From: Hormiphora californensis
Lineage: Eukaryota > Animalia > Ctenophora
DNA length: 64,000 nt
Reading direction: 5' to 3'
NCBI GenBank assembly: GCA_020137815.1
Contig: CM035359.1
Span: 3,100,001-3,164,000 of the forward strand
The notes beneath the pieces were generated by a model. It was given only the letters and a program-made list of their open reading frames with translations. It was not told where the DNA came from and searched no databases. Every line of letters begins with the position of its first letter. Positions within the stretch are counted from its first letter, which is position 1. Both the position numbers and the translations under genes were made by a program. This document shows positions 26,101 to 36,400 of this stretch, in pieces.

Positions 26101-29100
26101 TTGTACGGAGAGAATTATGTGTATGCCACGTGTACAAATCATGCAGATCATGACCAAGATAGCAAATGCCCCCTTCGTACATCTACACACCTCTTTCACA
26201 CGTGCACTAATCTTCCCGCGTCACGGAGAATTCTCTCGATGAACCAAGCGGGGCTGACCACGGTTATTAGAGAACGGGGTGGATACACCGCCAGCTGGTT
26301 TCAGTGCGACAACGTCCACTGTATCCCCTATAGCCAGGTATGTGATCTTGTTGATGACTGTGGGGATGGATCAGATGAGAAGAGTTGTGAAAACACATTT
26401 CGTTGTGAAAATGAAGAAGAGCTGCTGGCAATGTCAGCCGAGTGTGATGGGGTTGTAGAGTGTCACGACATGTCTGATGAATGTAACGAGCGGTGTGGGA
26501 GGACTCTCATTGATAATATCTTCCTCAAGAGTTTTTGCTGGATCATCGGATTGGTGGCGGTGCCGCTGAACTTCAAAGCCATGGTTACTTTCATCAAGGA
26601 CATGCAACAGGTGACAAACAGGGCTGTAACGGTCGACAAATGCTTTCTGATTCTCATCACCTTTGGAAATATAATTTCATCCGCTAACCTATGCTTTCTT
26701 GCCTTCCTGGACAGTTTCTACGGTAAATCATTCTGTAAGTTCCGTCAAATATGGATGTCCAGCATTTCTTGCTCTTTACTTGGGGTGCTCAGTACCTACA
26801 GCGAACAAATGTCTGTCCTGGCCACCACAAAACTTAGTGTGAGCAGGTTTATCAACATTTGCATCCTGCAAAATCCTATCTGCAGAAGAACCATGACTCG
26901 AAAGCAGTGGGGTTTAATTTGTTGCCAAATCGCACTGATTAAAATCATTGCGGTAAGCATCGCAGTTGCCCCTCTCTTGCCTTTCCTTATGGACGTTTTT
27001 GTGAATGGTTTGGTGTATGAGATCGACAACAAGTTATTCATGGGGTTCACGGATAAAAGCACACATATGGCAGTATTGCGGGCTTACTATGGTAGGTCCA
27101 AAGGCTCCACTCTAGCCTGGGATGATATCATTGAGATGGTATCTCGAATGTTCACCTCCGACAATCAAGGAATCTCATTCAGCTTCCTAAACTTCTACGG
27201 AAATGACCCGGTATGCCCCTTCAAGTTCTTGGTGGTAGGAGGTGAGGATCCTCAGGTACCTTTCGTTTGGATGGTGTTAGGTCTGGATGTTGCGTGTGTG
27301 CTAGCCAGTGGTATCAGCTATATCTTGATAACGGTAAAGAGCTCATTGAGCAACCAGAACGTCGCTCAAATGGACGCGGTAGGGGGAGCGGGTGCCCAAC
27401 ACGGTCCGAATTACAACAAACACGTTAAACTCCAAACTAAAGTTACGATTATCGTCCTCACCGATTTGTGCGCTTGGGCACCCTTTGTATTCATCTGTGT
27501 ATTGCACTCGGCGGGTGTTTTCGATGCCTCCCCATACTATCAGGTGCTTACAATTGTCCTACTTTCCGTGAAGTCCATCATAAATCCTAGTATCAATGAT
27601 AACACCGTGTTTGACGGAATGTTTCATGTGTGGGAAGTAGTGCGGCTCCAGATAATGAAATATTGGAAGGACAATGACACTGCAGAACCAAGAATTGAGG
27701 AGCACGAGTTACAGGTGATTCAGCAAGGTCCTCCGCCCCAAGATCAACTTCCTCCCGAAACAGCCGTCACCGCAAGGAGCGAATTATAAACTTCCTTACC
27801 TTTTTTGTCATCCCAAACTAGTGCACATGTGATATTCATTATTTTGTGACGCACACACTTCAATCCGAGTATTGTTCACTCAAAATAATACCATAACAAC
27901 AAAACTGTTACTGCAAATTTTAGCTGTTTTAATAAATAATTTTACTGTTTGATTTTACTGTTTGATTTTATGAAAATCATTATTGTACATGCTAAGCCCC
28001 TTTTTGAAAACTTTTTGAAAACTTTTTGAAAACTTTTTGAAAACTTGCTTTTCTCTTTGATCCTTAGCAAAACAAATATGTGCACAAGAAAGAGGGGGGT
28101 GGGACGGGGATGACAACTTCATAAAATCCGATAGTAACCCTCCCCCGGTCAGAATCATTCTGTGTAATAGTAACCCTCTCCCCCTCCCCTATCAGAATCA
28201 TTCTGTGTGATGGAGCACGAGGTAAAGCGGGTTATGCTCCAGATTATTCCCTTACTCCGGGACAACTCCGTGGCCGATCTGACTGATCAACTGAGGTCTG
28301 TTATCATCGATACTATCGTCAGAACAACTAACGCTATATTCGATCCCGATCAGGTAATTATCTGGTAGTACAAGTATATGGACCTTTCGTGGTGTGGGTG
28401 AATGTTATACTTTCCTCTCACTCTCTCTCTCTCTCTAACAAAGCTGATCATGGGAGTGGTTTGCCTGGCTAGACTGTAAAGGGAGGGTTAGAACATATCA
28501 AGGGAGTGGTAGTGATGGAGGTTTCTGCGTAGACAGCTGTATAGGGAGACAGTACAGGGGTTAGATAGTTGTAGACTGCGGGTCACGATACTCTCAATAA
28601 AAATGTTGGATCTCTCCGATCCATGATCTCTCCATCTCTCTCTCCATCCCGCAGATCTCGGAGAACTTGAGGTGCAACATAACCAACGTGCTGGATCAGT
28701 ACGAGGGAAGAAAGGTTCAGGACTGTGCTAACGACCTTATCGTCTCTCTCAGCCAGGTAACTGCTTAATTAATGGGGCTTAACTAATTAACTAATTATTA
28801 ACCGCTTGATATGCTCAATGCTCATACCTGATATAGCCCGCTCGATCTCTTATTGGAGATTGCCTAATCACCTCTAATTTAGGTGATGTTCAATGACATC
28901 AATACCTCTCACATCATTGTTGATGAGGTTACCTCTGAGGAGGAGGACGTTGGAATGGATGAGGACAGTGAGGTAAGGGGGACTCAGATGTGGTTACCAT
29001 GGTAACTGGGGACTCATATGTGGTTACCATGGTAACCATGTGCCAATGTCAGGGGGATAACCATGGTAACCATGACATGGTTTGGGTAGAGCGGGGGATA

Positions 29101-32100
29101 ACCATGGTAACCGTGTTGGGAAGAGTGGGTTACCTTGGCAGCGGTACTAAGCAATCAATGGCATGAGTAGGGCCGGGGTGTTATCAATTTGTAACCAATG
29201 GTAACCAATGGTAACCAATGGTAACTAGAAGAACACCTTTCAGATGGACGATGATGAGGGAGTTGAGAATGGTCCTACACCAACCCCGCAACAAATCCGA
29301 AACAGGTATCTGGGTGACTGACTGACATGCAAACAAACAAACAAACAAACAAAACAAAACAAACAAACAAACAAACAAACAAACACACACACACACACAC
29401 AAACAAACAAACAAACAAACACACCAACACCAACAGGTATCTTGGTTGCGATGAGAGTGATGACCCCGATTTGGAATACCCTGGCAGCCTGGTAACAGGG
29501 CCCCCGGAGGAGGTTGAGTGTGCTGTTAGTAACTGCAACGAGGAGGAGGAAAACGTGCTTCAACACCGGTTCAGTGAGACAGGTAACAGCCCATATATGG
29601 TCATATTGTGACGTAACCCATGTCCTTATTTGGTAATGCTATGACGTCATAGAAGAATGGTTGTTTTCAATTAAGTACAAGAATTCGTTGTTGCCTAGGT
29701 GATTTGTTTTCTGATGGAGGAGATTTTTCTGACATGGCTGACCTGCCCCTCACCACGGATGAGAGTGGTGCGGAGGACAGGGTACCTGTCAGGGACGATG
29801 ATGACGGAGACATAACGGTGAGTTATACTTGGTCTCTTTTAGAAGTGGTGGTCCACTTTGCACGTTACCGGTGCAGTTTCAGGGGCCCAGATAGCAGGAA
29901 GAGCAAGTTCAATGTGTGCGGCAGGGCTAGTTGTGGGCCTAGGACCCCATAGTCGAAAAACTTTTCAGCCGCCCCCCCCACATCTATAACGTTCTAAATA
30001 TGCAAGGATACCATGCTCCTTGGTGATGCCATCACCTCTTTTCGCGGGCTTCGTTTTCGCGCGCTACGCGCACAAGTTGTAAGGGTGACTGCGTCACCAA
30101 CCATGCTCCTTATGCTTATAGTTCATCGTGGGGGATATTATATTCCCACTATAAATAGCTATAACTATGTTGGATTATTAACGACTGTTATTATTAATGA
30201 CTTGACGAGTCGGACTAGTTAACCCTTTGAGACCGATAGGGTCACCAGTGACCCCACGCTAATTATGCATCTAGCGTCTGTCCGAACTAAATCTAAGAAG
30301 TTTAAATGGTTTTCCGGGTTAGAATAGACACTTTTTGGCTGTTTTTGGGGTCATTTTAAGCTTTGAACATCTTAGTTTACTAGAAATGCCAACTCTAAGC
30401 CATAAAAGTTGAAATTTTGGTGTAAAGTTGGCCATATCTCTAAAACGGTATAAGTAAGCCAATAATGGACCTACAAATCAAAAGAAAACCATAGGTTTTA
30501 CCCCGGTATGAAGTTTCGTGATGATTTGATCAAATTTACAACGCTCAGAGGGCAAATAATGCCAGGGTCACCAGTGACCCTATCGTCCCTTAACGCTAAT
30601 ATAGAAATTTGGATTTTACGTGCATTTCTAAAGGATTGGCCACCGATAAAGGTCTAAAACGGCATTTTTCAAACGGGTGCTAGCGACTAACCGACTCCAT
30701 CAGTGTTATCTATACATCTTAGAGAGTCGCTGAAAAAATTTTGAGATTCGTGCTCCTTCATAAAAATTTTCATCTCGGCCAATTTGAAATTCTAAAATCG
30801 GCTACAGATGAGATACAGAGGTCCATAGGGTGTGTAAAATGTGCAGAATGGCCGGGTTTATATAAGTGTTATGAAGAAACATAGGGTCTAAGATGAGCGG
30901 TTTTCGAGTTATGAGGCAAAATAGCTACGAAATCTCAATTGTTTGCATTCCATTTGAGACCGATAGGGTCACTGGTGACCCCACAGAAACAAAGTTCGTA
31001 GAGACAAGTTTTTTGTTCTGCTTTCAAGTAGGCTTGTTAGGAGTGTCTCCAGCAATTTTCAGATATTTCTGTCGATGGCGCCACTATCGGTCCCAAAGGG
31101 TTAACTACTGAACACTACTCGTTAACTACTGAATATTATATTTATATTCCCTTTCCTTGCTAGTTACCGAGCTCTCGCCACTAAAATCATTAATTATTAA
31201 TCGATTCGAGAGAGGACCTCTTTCACCGCTGTGAAAGTAGGGTTTTAACCCTAAATCTCCCTTCCTCCTAGGTCGAAGATCTCCCCACTAAGCTGACTGT
31301 ACCCAGTTACCGGGACGCCCTCGTCCAGGGAGAGGCTGCTAGCGATGACGTCACAACGACACCGTCACGTGACGTCATTACGACACCCTCACGTGACGTC
31401 ACACCCACCTCAGCAGAGGATAAGGAGAATAGGGAGGAGATCAGGGCTTCAGGAGATCATTCTTGCATCCAGGTACTGATTCTAAGTACAGTCTAACTCC
31501 CGGGGGCCATTAAATCGGGGTGCGACTGGACCAGTTCATATAGCGAGCTGTAGCTCAAAATACTGATAGTTACGTGACTACAAGAGTTACCTTGTCGTCA
31601 TTCCTTGATGACAGCAACGTGGGCGAGAGGTTAAATAGCCTATAAATAACCTATTCTTGAAAGACAGGGTATGCACAATAAGCACATTAATTAAACATGA
31701 TGCTTTCTACCCCACATACATGTGTCCATACCCTGGCCTGTCATTCAAGAATAGGTTATTTATAGGCTATTTTTAACCTACCTCCCACGTTGCTGTCATC
31801 AAGGAATGATCTCGACAAGGTGTTTAGAATAGGTTATGTAACCTCTATTCTAGACAGGGTATGGACATGTATGTGGGGTAAAAACCCATTAAACATGATG
31901 CTTTAAACTTCCTCCATCAATCAATCTAGGCCGAGTAGTTAAATGACAAATACATGTCACATGCACCCATTACCTAATACACTCATTATACCCTAAAATA
32001 CTATCTTTACTTGCCTAGCTCGACCCCCTTTTCGCGAGCTCCGCCTGTAAAGAGAGGCTTAGAAAATAGCAGCTCTTTACAGCTGTTGTTACCCTTTACT

Positions 32101-32211
32101 CAATGTAACTATATTGCCCTGCAGGGTGCCCTGGAGGTTCTGGGAGAGAGCCAGTTGGTCGGTGATGGAAATGCCATCATCCCTCCCTCTGCACCAAATG
32201 GAACAGCTTGA
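1..32211 (+). CDS. PCM1: Pericentriolar material 1 (centriolar satellite scaffold), multi-exon, 5' end outside window
   Basis: Phase-consistent GT-AG exons: 116-200, 413-594, 697-777, 1000-1158, 2413-2532, 2695-2772, 3255-3416, 3516-3637, 3891-4036, 4394-4529, 13126-13231, then 16972-17025 and 17734-~18040 (less certain), 20173-20287, 20595-20776, 20928-21091, 21288-21378, 21895-22072, 22994-23095, 28196-28353, 28655-28756, 28883-28972, 29244-29305, 29437-29582, 29699-29817, 31272-31472, 32125-32211 (TGA). Translation gives PCM1 motifs recalled from vertebrate PCM1: ATWGGS; VYSEVATLISVNESRPHYLVEVVRELIGLENDYLRQRHL; HPFASESLGSTAINL; YEGRKVQDCANDLIVSLSQVMFND; VEDLPTKLT. Confidence 0.92.
1995..2284. 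mobile_element. PIF/Harbinger (Tourist-like) MITE
   Basis: ~106-bp TIRs GGGGAAACTCTAACTGAATGG.../...CCATTCAGTTAGAGTTTCCCC with one mismatch; TAA on both sides (1992-1994, 2285-2287). Confidence 0.8.
2793..3047. repeat. 36-bp direct repeat cluster (CGATTAGAATGGGAGTCCGATCATACATTTGTGTAC)
   Basis: Two full tandem copies and a partial third at 2793-2875; another copy at 3013-3047; intronic. Confidence 0.8.
4859..5532. mobile_element. ~0.67-kb hairpin-rich non-coding element, copy 1 (internal segment complementary to both ends)
   Basis: Closely similar to 11086-11753; inserted at TATA; contains hairpins TTCTCCCAGCG-C-GCCGCTGGGAGAA and AGTTTATCCGCC-GCT-GGCGGATAAACT. Confidence 0.8.
8496..11040. 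repeat. Tandem array, ~155-190-bp unit, ~11 copies, inside the 8283-12090 element
   Basis: Recurring CCCTCTTTACCCCCAAACACTCTTAGAACACTTTAGGAACACCTGTAGACAAAAGTAGACAAAA; interrupted at 9938-10639. Confidence 0.9.
9938..10639. mobile_element. Poly-G-capped MITE with GTATACCAAA 10-mers
   Basis: TIR GGGGGGGTTCCCATGGTATACTTTGGTATACTTTGG / CCAAAGTATACCAAAGTATACCATGGGAACCCCCCC; 8-bp TSD CTTAGAAC (9930-9937, 10640-10647). Confidence 0.9.
11086..11753. mobile_element. ~0.67-kb hairpin-rich element, copy 2
   Basis: Collinear with 4859-5532; interrupts the sequence seen uninterrupted at ~8450-8470 (TTCTCATACACTTTATCTACG). Confidence 0.8.
13486..16913 (-). mobile_element. RTE-clade non-LTR retrotransposon, near full length, antisense in a PCM1 intron
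   Basis: APE endonuclease plus RT in one frame broken once; short 3' UTR ending in CAAGTA-type repeats; candidate TSD CTGAGAGAG (13477-13485, 16914-16922). Confidence 0.92.
13515..16731 (-). CDS. RTE ORF (AP endonuclease + reverse transcriptase), one frameshift near 15685
   Basis: EN motifs ATWNV, LTETHW, AYAPT, GDFNA, QIDH, SDHYL; RT motifs FIDFKSAFD, QGDIQGP, YADD, YLGS. The gap between ORFs 15679-16731 and 13515-15569 is open in the downstream frame (DETRTEYNVSLRNRFESL...QWRQLKE). Confidence 0.9.
22411..22987. repeat. 20-bp minisatellite (CAACCATAACATAAACTACC / CAACCAGAACAGAAACGACC), ~29 units
   Basis: Directly visible; runs up to the PCM1 acceptor at 22992-22993. Confidence 0.95.
24249..27789 (+). 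CDS. LDL-receptor class A repeat + rhodopsin-type 7TM receptor (GRL101/RXFP-like), nested in a PCM1 intron; one frameshift near 25610
   Basis: Exon 1 24249-24384 encodes a signal peptide (MKRVYFLVRPLAMLLSLFLITLTCG). Exon 2 from 24604 is in phase with ORF 24720-25619. LDLa motifs DGVRDCRDGSDE, CDLVDDCGDGSDEKSC, CDGVVECHDMSDE; seven hydrophobic helices with TDLCAWAPF and SIINP. Frameshift at CACACAG-TGTGTTAGG. Confidence 0.85.
28993..29112. promoter_or_regulatory. Cluster of palindromic X-box-like motifs GTTACCATGGTAAC (RFX consensus)
   Basis: Perfect copies at 28993-29006 and 29023-29036, near-copies at ~29057 and ~29098; another perfect copy at 49-62. Function not shown. Confidence 0.35.
30223..31100. 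mobile_element. piggyBac-type MITE
   Basis: TTAA at 30219-30222 and 31101-31104; TIR CCCTTTGAGACCGATAG / CTATCGGTCCCAAAGGG; three internal GGGTCAC-NN-GTGACCC palindromes. Confidence 0.88.
31590..31820. repeat. Degenerate foldback / MITE
   Basis: CCTTGTCGTCATTCCTTGATGACAGCAACGTGGG... pairs with ...CCCACGTTGCTGTCATCAAGGAATGATCTCGACAAGG. Confidence 0.7.
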
Positions 32212-33187
32212 AGGAGATCTGAGGAGAGCTGTTATACAGAGTGTTACAAAATATATCACGGTATGGAAAATCGCTGGTTAAAAACTCACAGATTTATTAT
32301 CTGCATGATATGTTTGAGTTCAGAGAGTTTAGTTCAGAGAACTTGGCAGAGAAATGTTTGAGTCCGGAGAGTTTAGTTCAGAGAACTTGACAGAGATCGG
32401 TGTTTGAGAGAGTTTAGTTCAGAATTGAATGAACCTGGCAGAGAGGACAGAGAGTTTAGTTCAGAGAACTTGGTAGAGAGGACAGAGGTGTCCGGAGTCA
32501 CAGTTTGAGTTTTTGAAGTACACTTATAACATAACAGCAGTTATTTTGCTGATGAAAAGGATCAAAAATGCGAACGTGAGAGAGAATTTTTTATAATCTA
32601 CATAGCACTAATTATTCTACATAATATATATGTACACACGTCTATATTTATATTTTTTCTTGTTAGAAAATCCGAAGTTGTAAAAGAATTTCAACAGCAG
32701 CCGGAAAAAAACGCTCACGTGATCAAATTTCACATCAATATTGACACTGGTACTACTTGTTATGTTCTAACCCTCCCTTTACATTTGTAAAGGAGGGTTA
32801 TGTGTTTTTGTACACTCTTGGTCACGTGGTCAGCTCGTGTATGTGATCACTGATCAGCTCTCTCACTCAAAGTGAGAGACAGTCCTTAGAGTGCGAGGGA
32901 GGGCGCAGTTTACTATTTTTAGCACTCATCACGCGCACGTGAGTCCCCACAATGCAGTACACGGAATAGGTCGGTATACAAATAACCTAGACTGTATTTC
33001 GCGGGCGGGGCGCGCAAAACACAGTCTAGCTAGGCAAGGTACTACAATTGTAAACTTAAGTTCATCACATGTAACCTACTGTCACGTTAGGTATTTATCT
33101 TCCAATTCCCCTCAAATTTTTGCGGACTTCGTCACAATTAACTGCAGGAACCTCCACTTTATACATGCAGTGCCCCCATCTACACAC

Positions 33188-33296
33188 CAGGAACTGACCG
33201 AAACAAGTAAACAGCCAATCAGAACTCGTTATTTTGGTCACGTGACTGGTTATCAGCCAACCAGCGACCAGTATTTCCTGATTCGGTCGGTTCCTG
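33188..33296. mobile_element. 109-bp hAT-type MITE (dispersed family)
   Basis: TIR CAGGAACTGACCGAA / TTCGGTCGGTTCCTG; 8-bp TSD CTACACAC. Other full or partial copies at ~35625, ~43140-43235, ~43328, ~62970-63073 and ~63920-64000. Confidence 0.88.
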
Positions 33297-33469
33297 CTAC
33301 ACACATGTGTAGATGGATCCCCTTGTGGTTTAGAATCGGGTCCCATCCGGAACAGATGACAGTTCCTCATTATTGTAAAAAGATTCTCTGGAGTCTATGC
33401 CTGATCTTAACCACGTGAGATCACTGCACAGGGGTCACTGGGCACTCCCTCCTCCACGATATTATATCT

Positions 33470-36400
33470 CTAGAGAAGGCTGGTATTCAGTTGTTCCAGT
33501 CGAGTATCAATGATCTCCAACTTTTTTCCGTGGTCCTCTGTAATGGACGTTAGCTCCTGAAGGAGGGTTATAGCGTTACTAATAATTGAAGGGTGCGGTT
33601 ATACTATATGTCTAGCTAGGCAACTACGATGCATATGCTATAACTTATAGCATCTGTATCGTAGTTGCCTAGCTAGACAAATTGTTCAATGGTTATTATA
33701 AGCAATATATAATAGTGATTAAGTGCCAAGTTTTGAAGGGAATTATGTCACAATAGTGAATCCCTATATATAGGGCCCTAATTGTTGAGTAAGAGGAATC
33801 TTACCCCTTACACGGTCGCTTGTAGTGGGAAAACGGTAATGGAAAACGAAGATACAGTAAGACGACGCACAACCGTGACCAATCAGGGCGCTAGTACGTG
33901 CTGACACATGAACTTTTTGCTGCGCGTTATGCACCGTGCGCGTCTCCTTACTGTATTTTGCGTTACCGTATTTTGACTGCAAGCAGCACTGATACTCAAG
34001 CAACGAATCTACGTTTATTAATATCACCTATATAGAATAGTGACATAATTCTCTATGCACTAATTACTACTTGCCTAGCTCGACCCCCTTTTCGCAAGTT
34101 CCGCTGTATAACCACTAAATACTATTAATATTTTATCCAGAGGCACTCAGTGATTGGTTAATACCGGAGAAAGTTACAGGTTCCGTTAAATTCCGGTAAT
34201 AAGGTAAATTACTATATAACCACTAAATTTGATATGTCATATATGCAGTGATTGATAATACCGGAGTTAAAGACTTTTGGCTTTTGGATGATATTATGAA
34301 ACATGAGTGAGTGCTAGAGAGAATATGGAACAGAATGCTAGAGAGGATTATATGGAGAAGTTTATCTCATGTAACAGGGGATACAAAACGGAGAGAGGCT
34401 CATTCGCTAAGTGCATCTGACATCCTTATGGGTTAACTGTCTCACGTAGAAGACGCCTCCCACCACGATAGTGCTCAACTGGTTACCCAAGAGTGAATAA
34501 TAAAGGGAAACGAATCAAATTGTTACGCCAAACAAGTGTTTCACTATCACGGAGGGCCTCCTATCACGGTCGCTTGTAGTGGGAAAACGGTAATGGAAAA
34601 CGGAGATACAGTAAGACGACGCGCAACCGTGGCCAATCAGGGCGCTAGTACGTGCTGAACACATGCACCCATCTGTCGCTATCTGTCTCACCAGGTGATT
34701 TGTGAAAGGGCCGGCCGGGGTACGGACCCCGATTTACCGGGATGTTCGAGGGAAAGGCTTTTGCCCGGTATATCGGGGTTTATCATGGTACCTGGTGTAG
34801 TGCCCTGTCGTGGAGCTCCAGATGTTCCTTGTGTTCCACAAGTAGTCTCTCTCTCCTGATATCATGCTTCAGAGATAGCTGCAGAGAGATTCGGTTAGAT
34901 TCGCGGAGTGTGCTTCTGAGATAACTGTAGAGAAGTCAATATTTGGTTAGATTCCCACCCACAAAACTAAGTTAAGTCTCAGCTCTCCTCCCCCTTCGTC
35001 GATCTTGTAATCACAGATCGAAGTGAGCAAGAATGAAAGAGACATGAAATATTCTTACGTCTCTTTGTTTGTGTTTCTTTGACTCTTCTGAAACCTGTAA
35101 AACGCAACGTGTCAGACAAGTTCCTTACTCAAATAACAGGCGGGGAAGTGAACGGTTTAAGTAGAACTTCTACTAGTAGTAGAACTTCTACTAGAAGTTT
35201 TTGTAGTTACCCCATCAAGTTCGTCAAGACGCCGTGTCAAGTCTGTCATCTCTTGTCTCTGCTGTTCTTCGTACTCGGTCCTCTGTGTACGCATCGCCTC
35301 GACCTTTAATCTGTTTAACTAGGGGGCAACTGGTTTGGTAAGGGGAGAGTACTCAGAAGTTAATAAAGTTCAGACTCGCCCGCCGTATGAATCAGAATGA
35401 ATGATTTTATTTGGTAGTTTTGCTGTCTGGCGGCCCCTAATTTTATTCTCAGATGGGATCGGTGCAGCGCCATGGCAGTAGTTTTGGGGAAAGCTGGTTT
35501 CTGAGGTAATACACAATCACCGTTGTTGAGTAACTCAACGACTAGATTACGATATTGACCAAGTTCTACTCTCCATGAGGGCAGTTCAACCTCACCCACG
35601 CATGAATAGGGAAACTATAATGTAAACAACCAATCAGAACTCGTTATTTAGGTCACGTGACTGGTTATCAGCCAATCAGGGACCAGTATAGGGAAACTAT
35701 AATGAAGGATTTTGTAGTTATGCGGAAAAATGTTTTGCGATCGGAAATTGGACAACTACCGTCTACCATGTGATCTCCCTCCAATGATCAAGAATTTTGT
35801 AGTTACGCAATGAGGCAATGATCTTACCCCTTAATTTCTCCTAGTCTAGCTATATAACCTATATAATTCCTTTATCCCTCTTCGTACTGACCAGTGCGTT
35901 CCGTTCCTCTGCAATGTCTTTATCGAACTTTAACCAGTCGTTTAGACACCGTTTTTCCAAGGCAAGTTCTCGGAAGGTCATCTCCGGTCCAGTTATATCA
36001 TTGGAAGGGATTGAAAGCGACTTAACCTGCTGGAATTATATGGGTGCAGTTTTGCTAATAAAGCTAGGCGCAATTCTCACGTGACAAGCAGTTAAGAAGT
36101 GGTGAGTCTAATTAATGTAGTTGTACTTCTAAATAGTCTGTCTAAATAGTCTGGCATCGCCAGACTCCAATTTCATTCTCGACAGTGCGCTCAGATCGGA
36201 CCAGCGCCGCCAAGCAGTACAAAAAATAACTAGGTATTCTACTTTTTAGTAGAAGCCTTTTGCAGAATCTGCAAAAGGATTTTGCAGAAGATCTGGTCAT
36301 TCAGGATGAGATATACCTTATCATGCCGCTCCCTTATCTCCTGCGCCTTTTTCTCCTGCTGCACGGTCAGCTTCTTCCATTCCTTATGTTTCTTCAGTGT

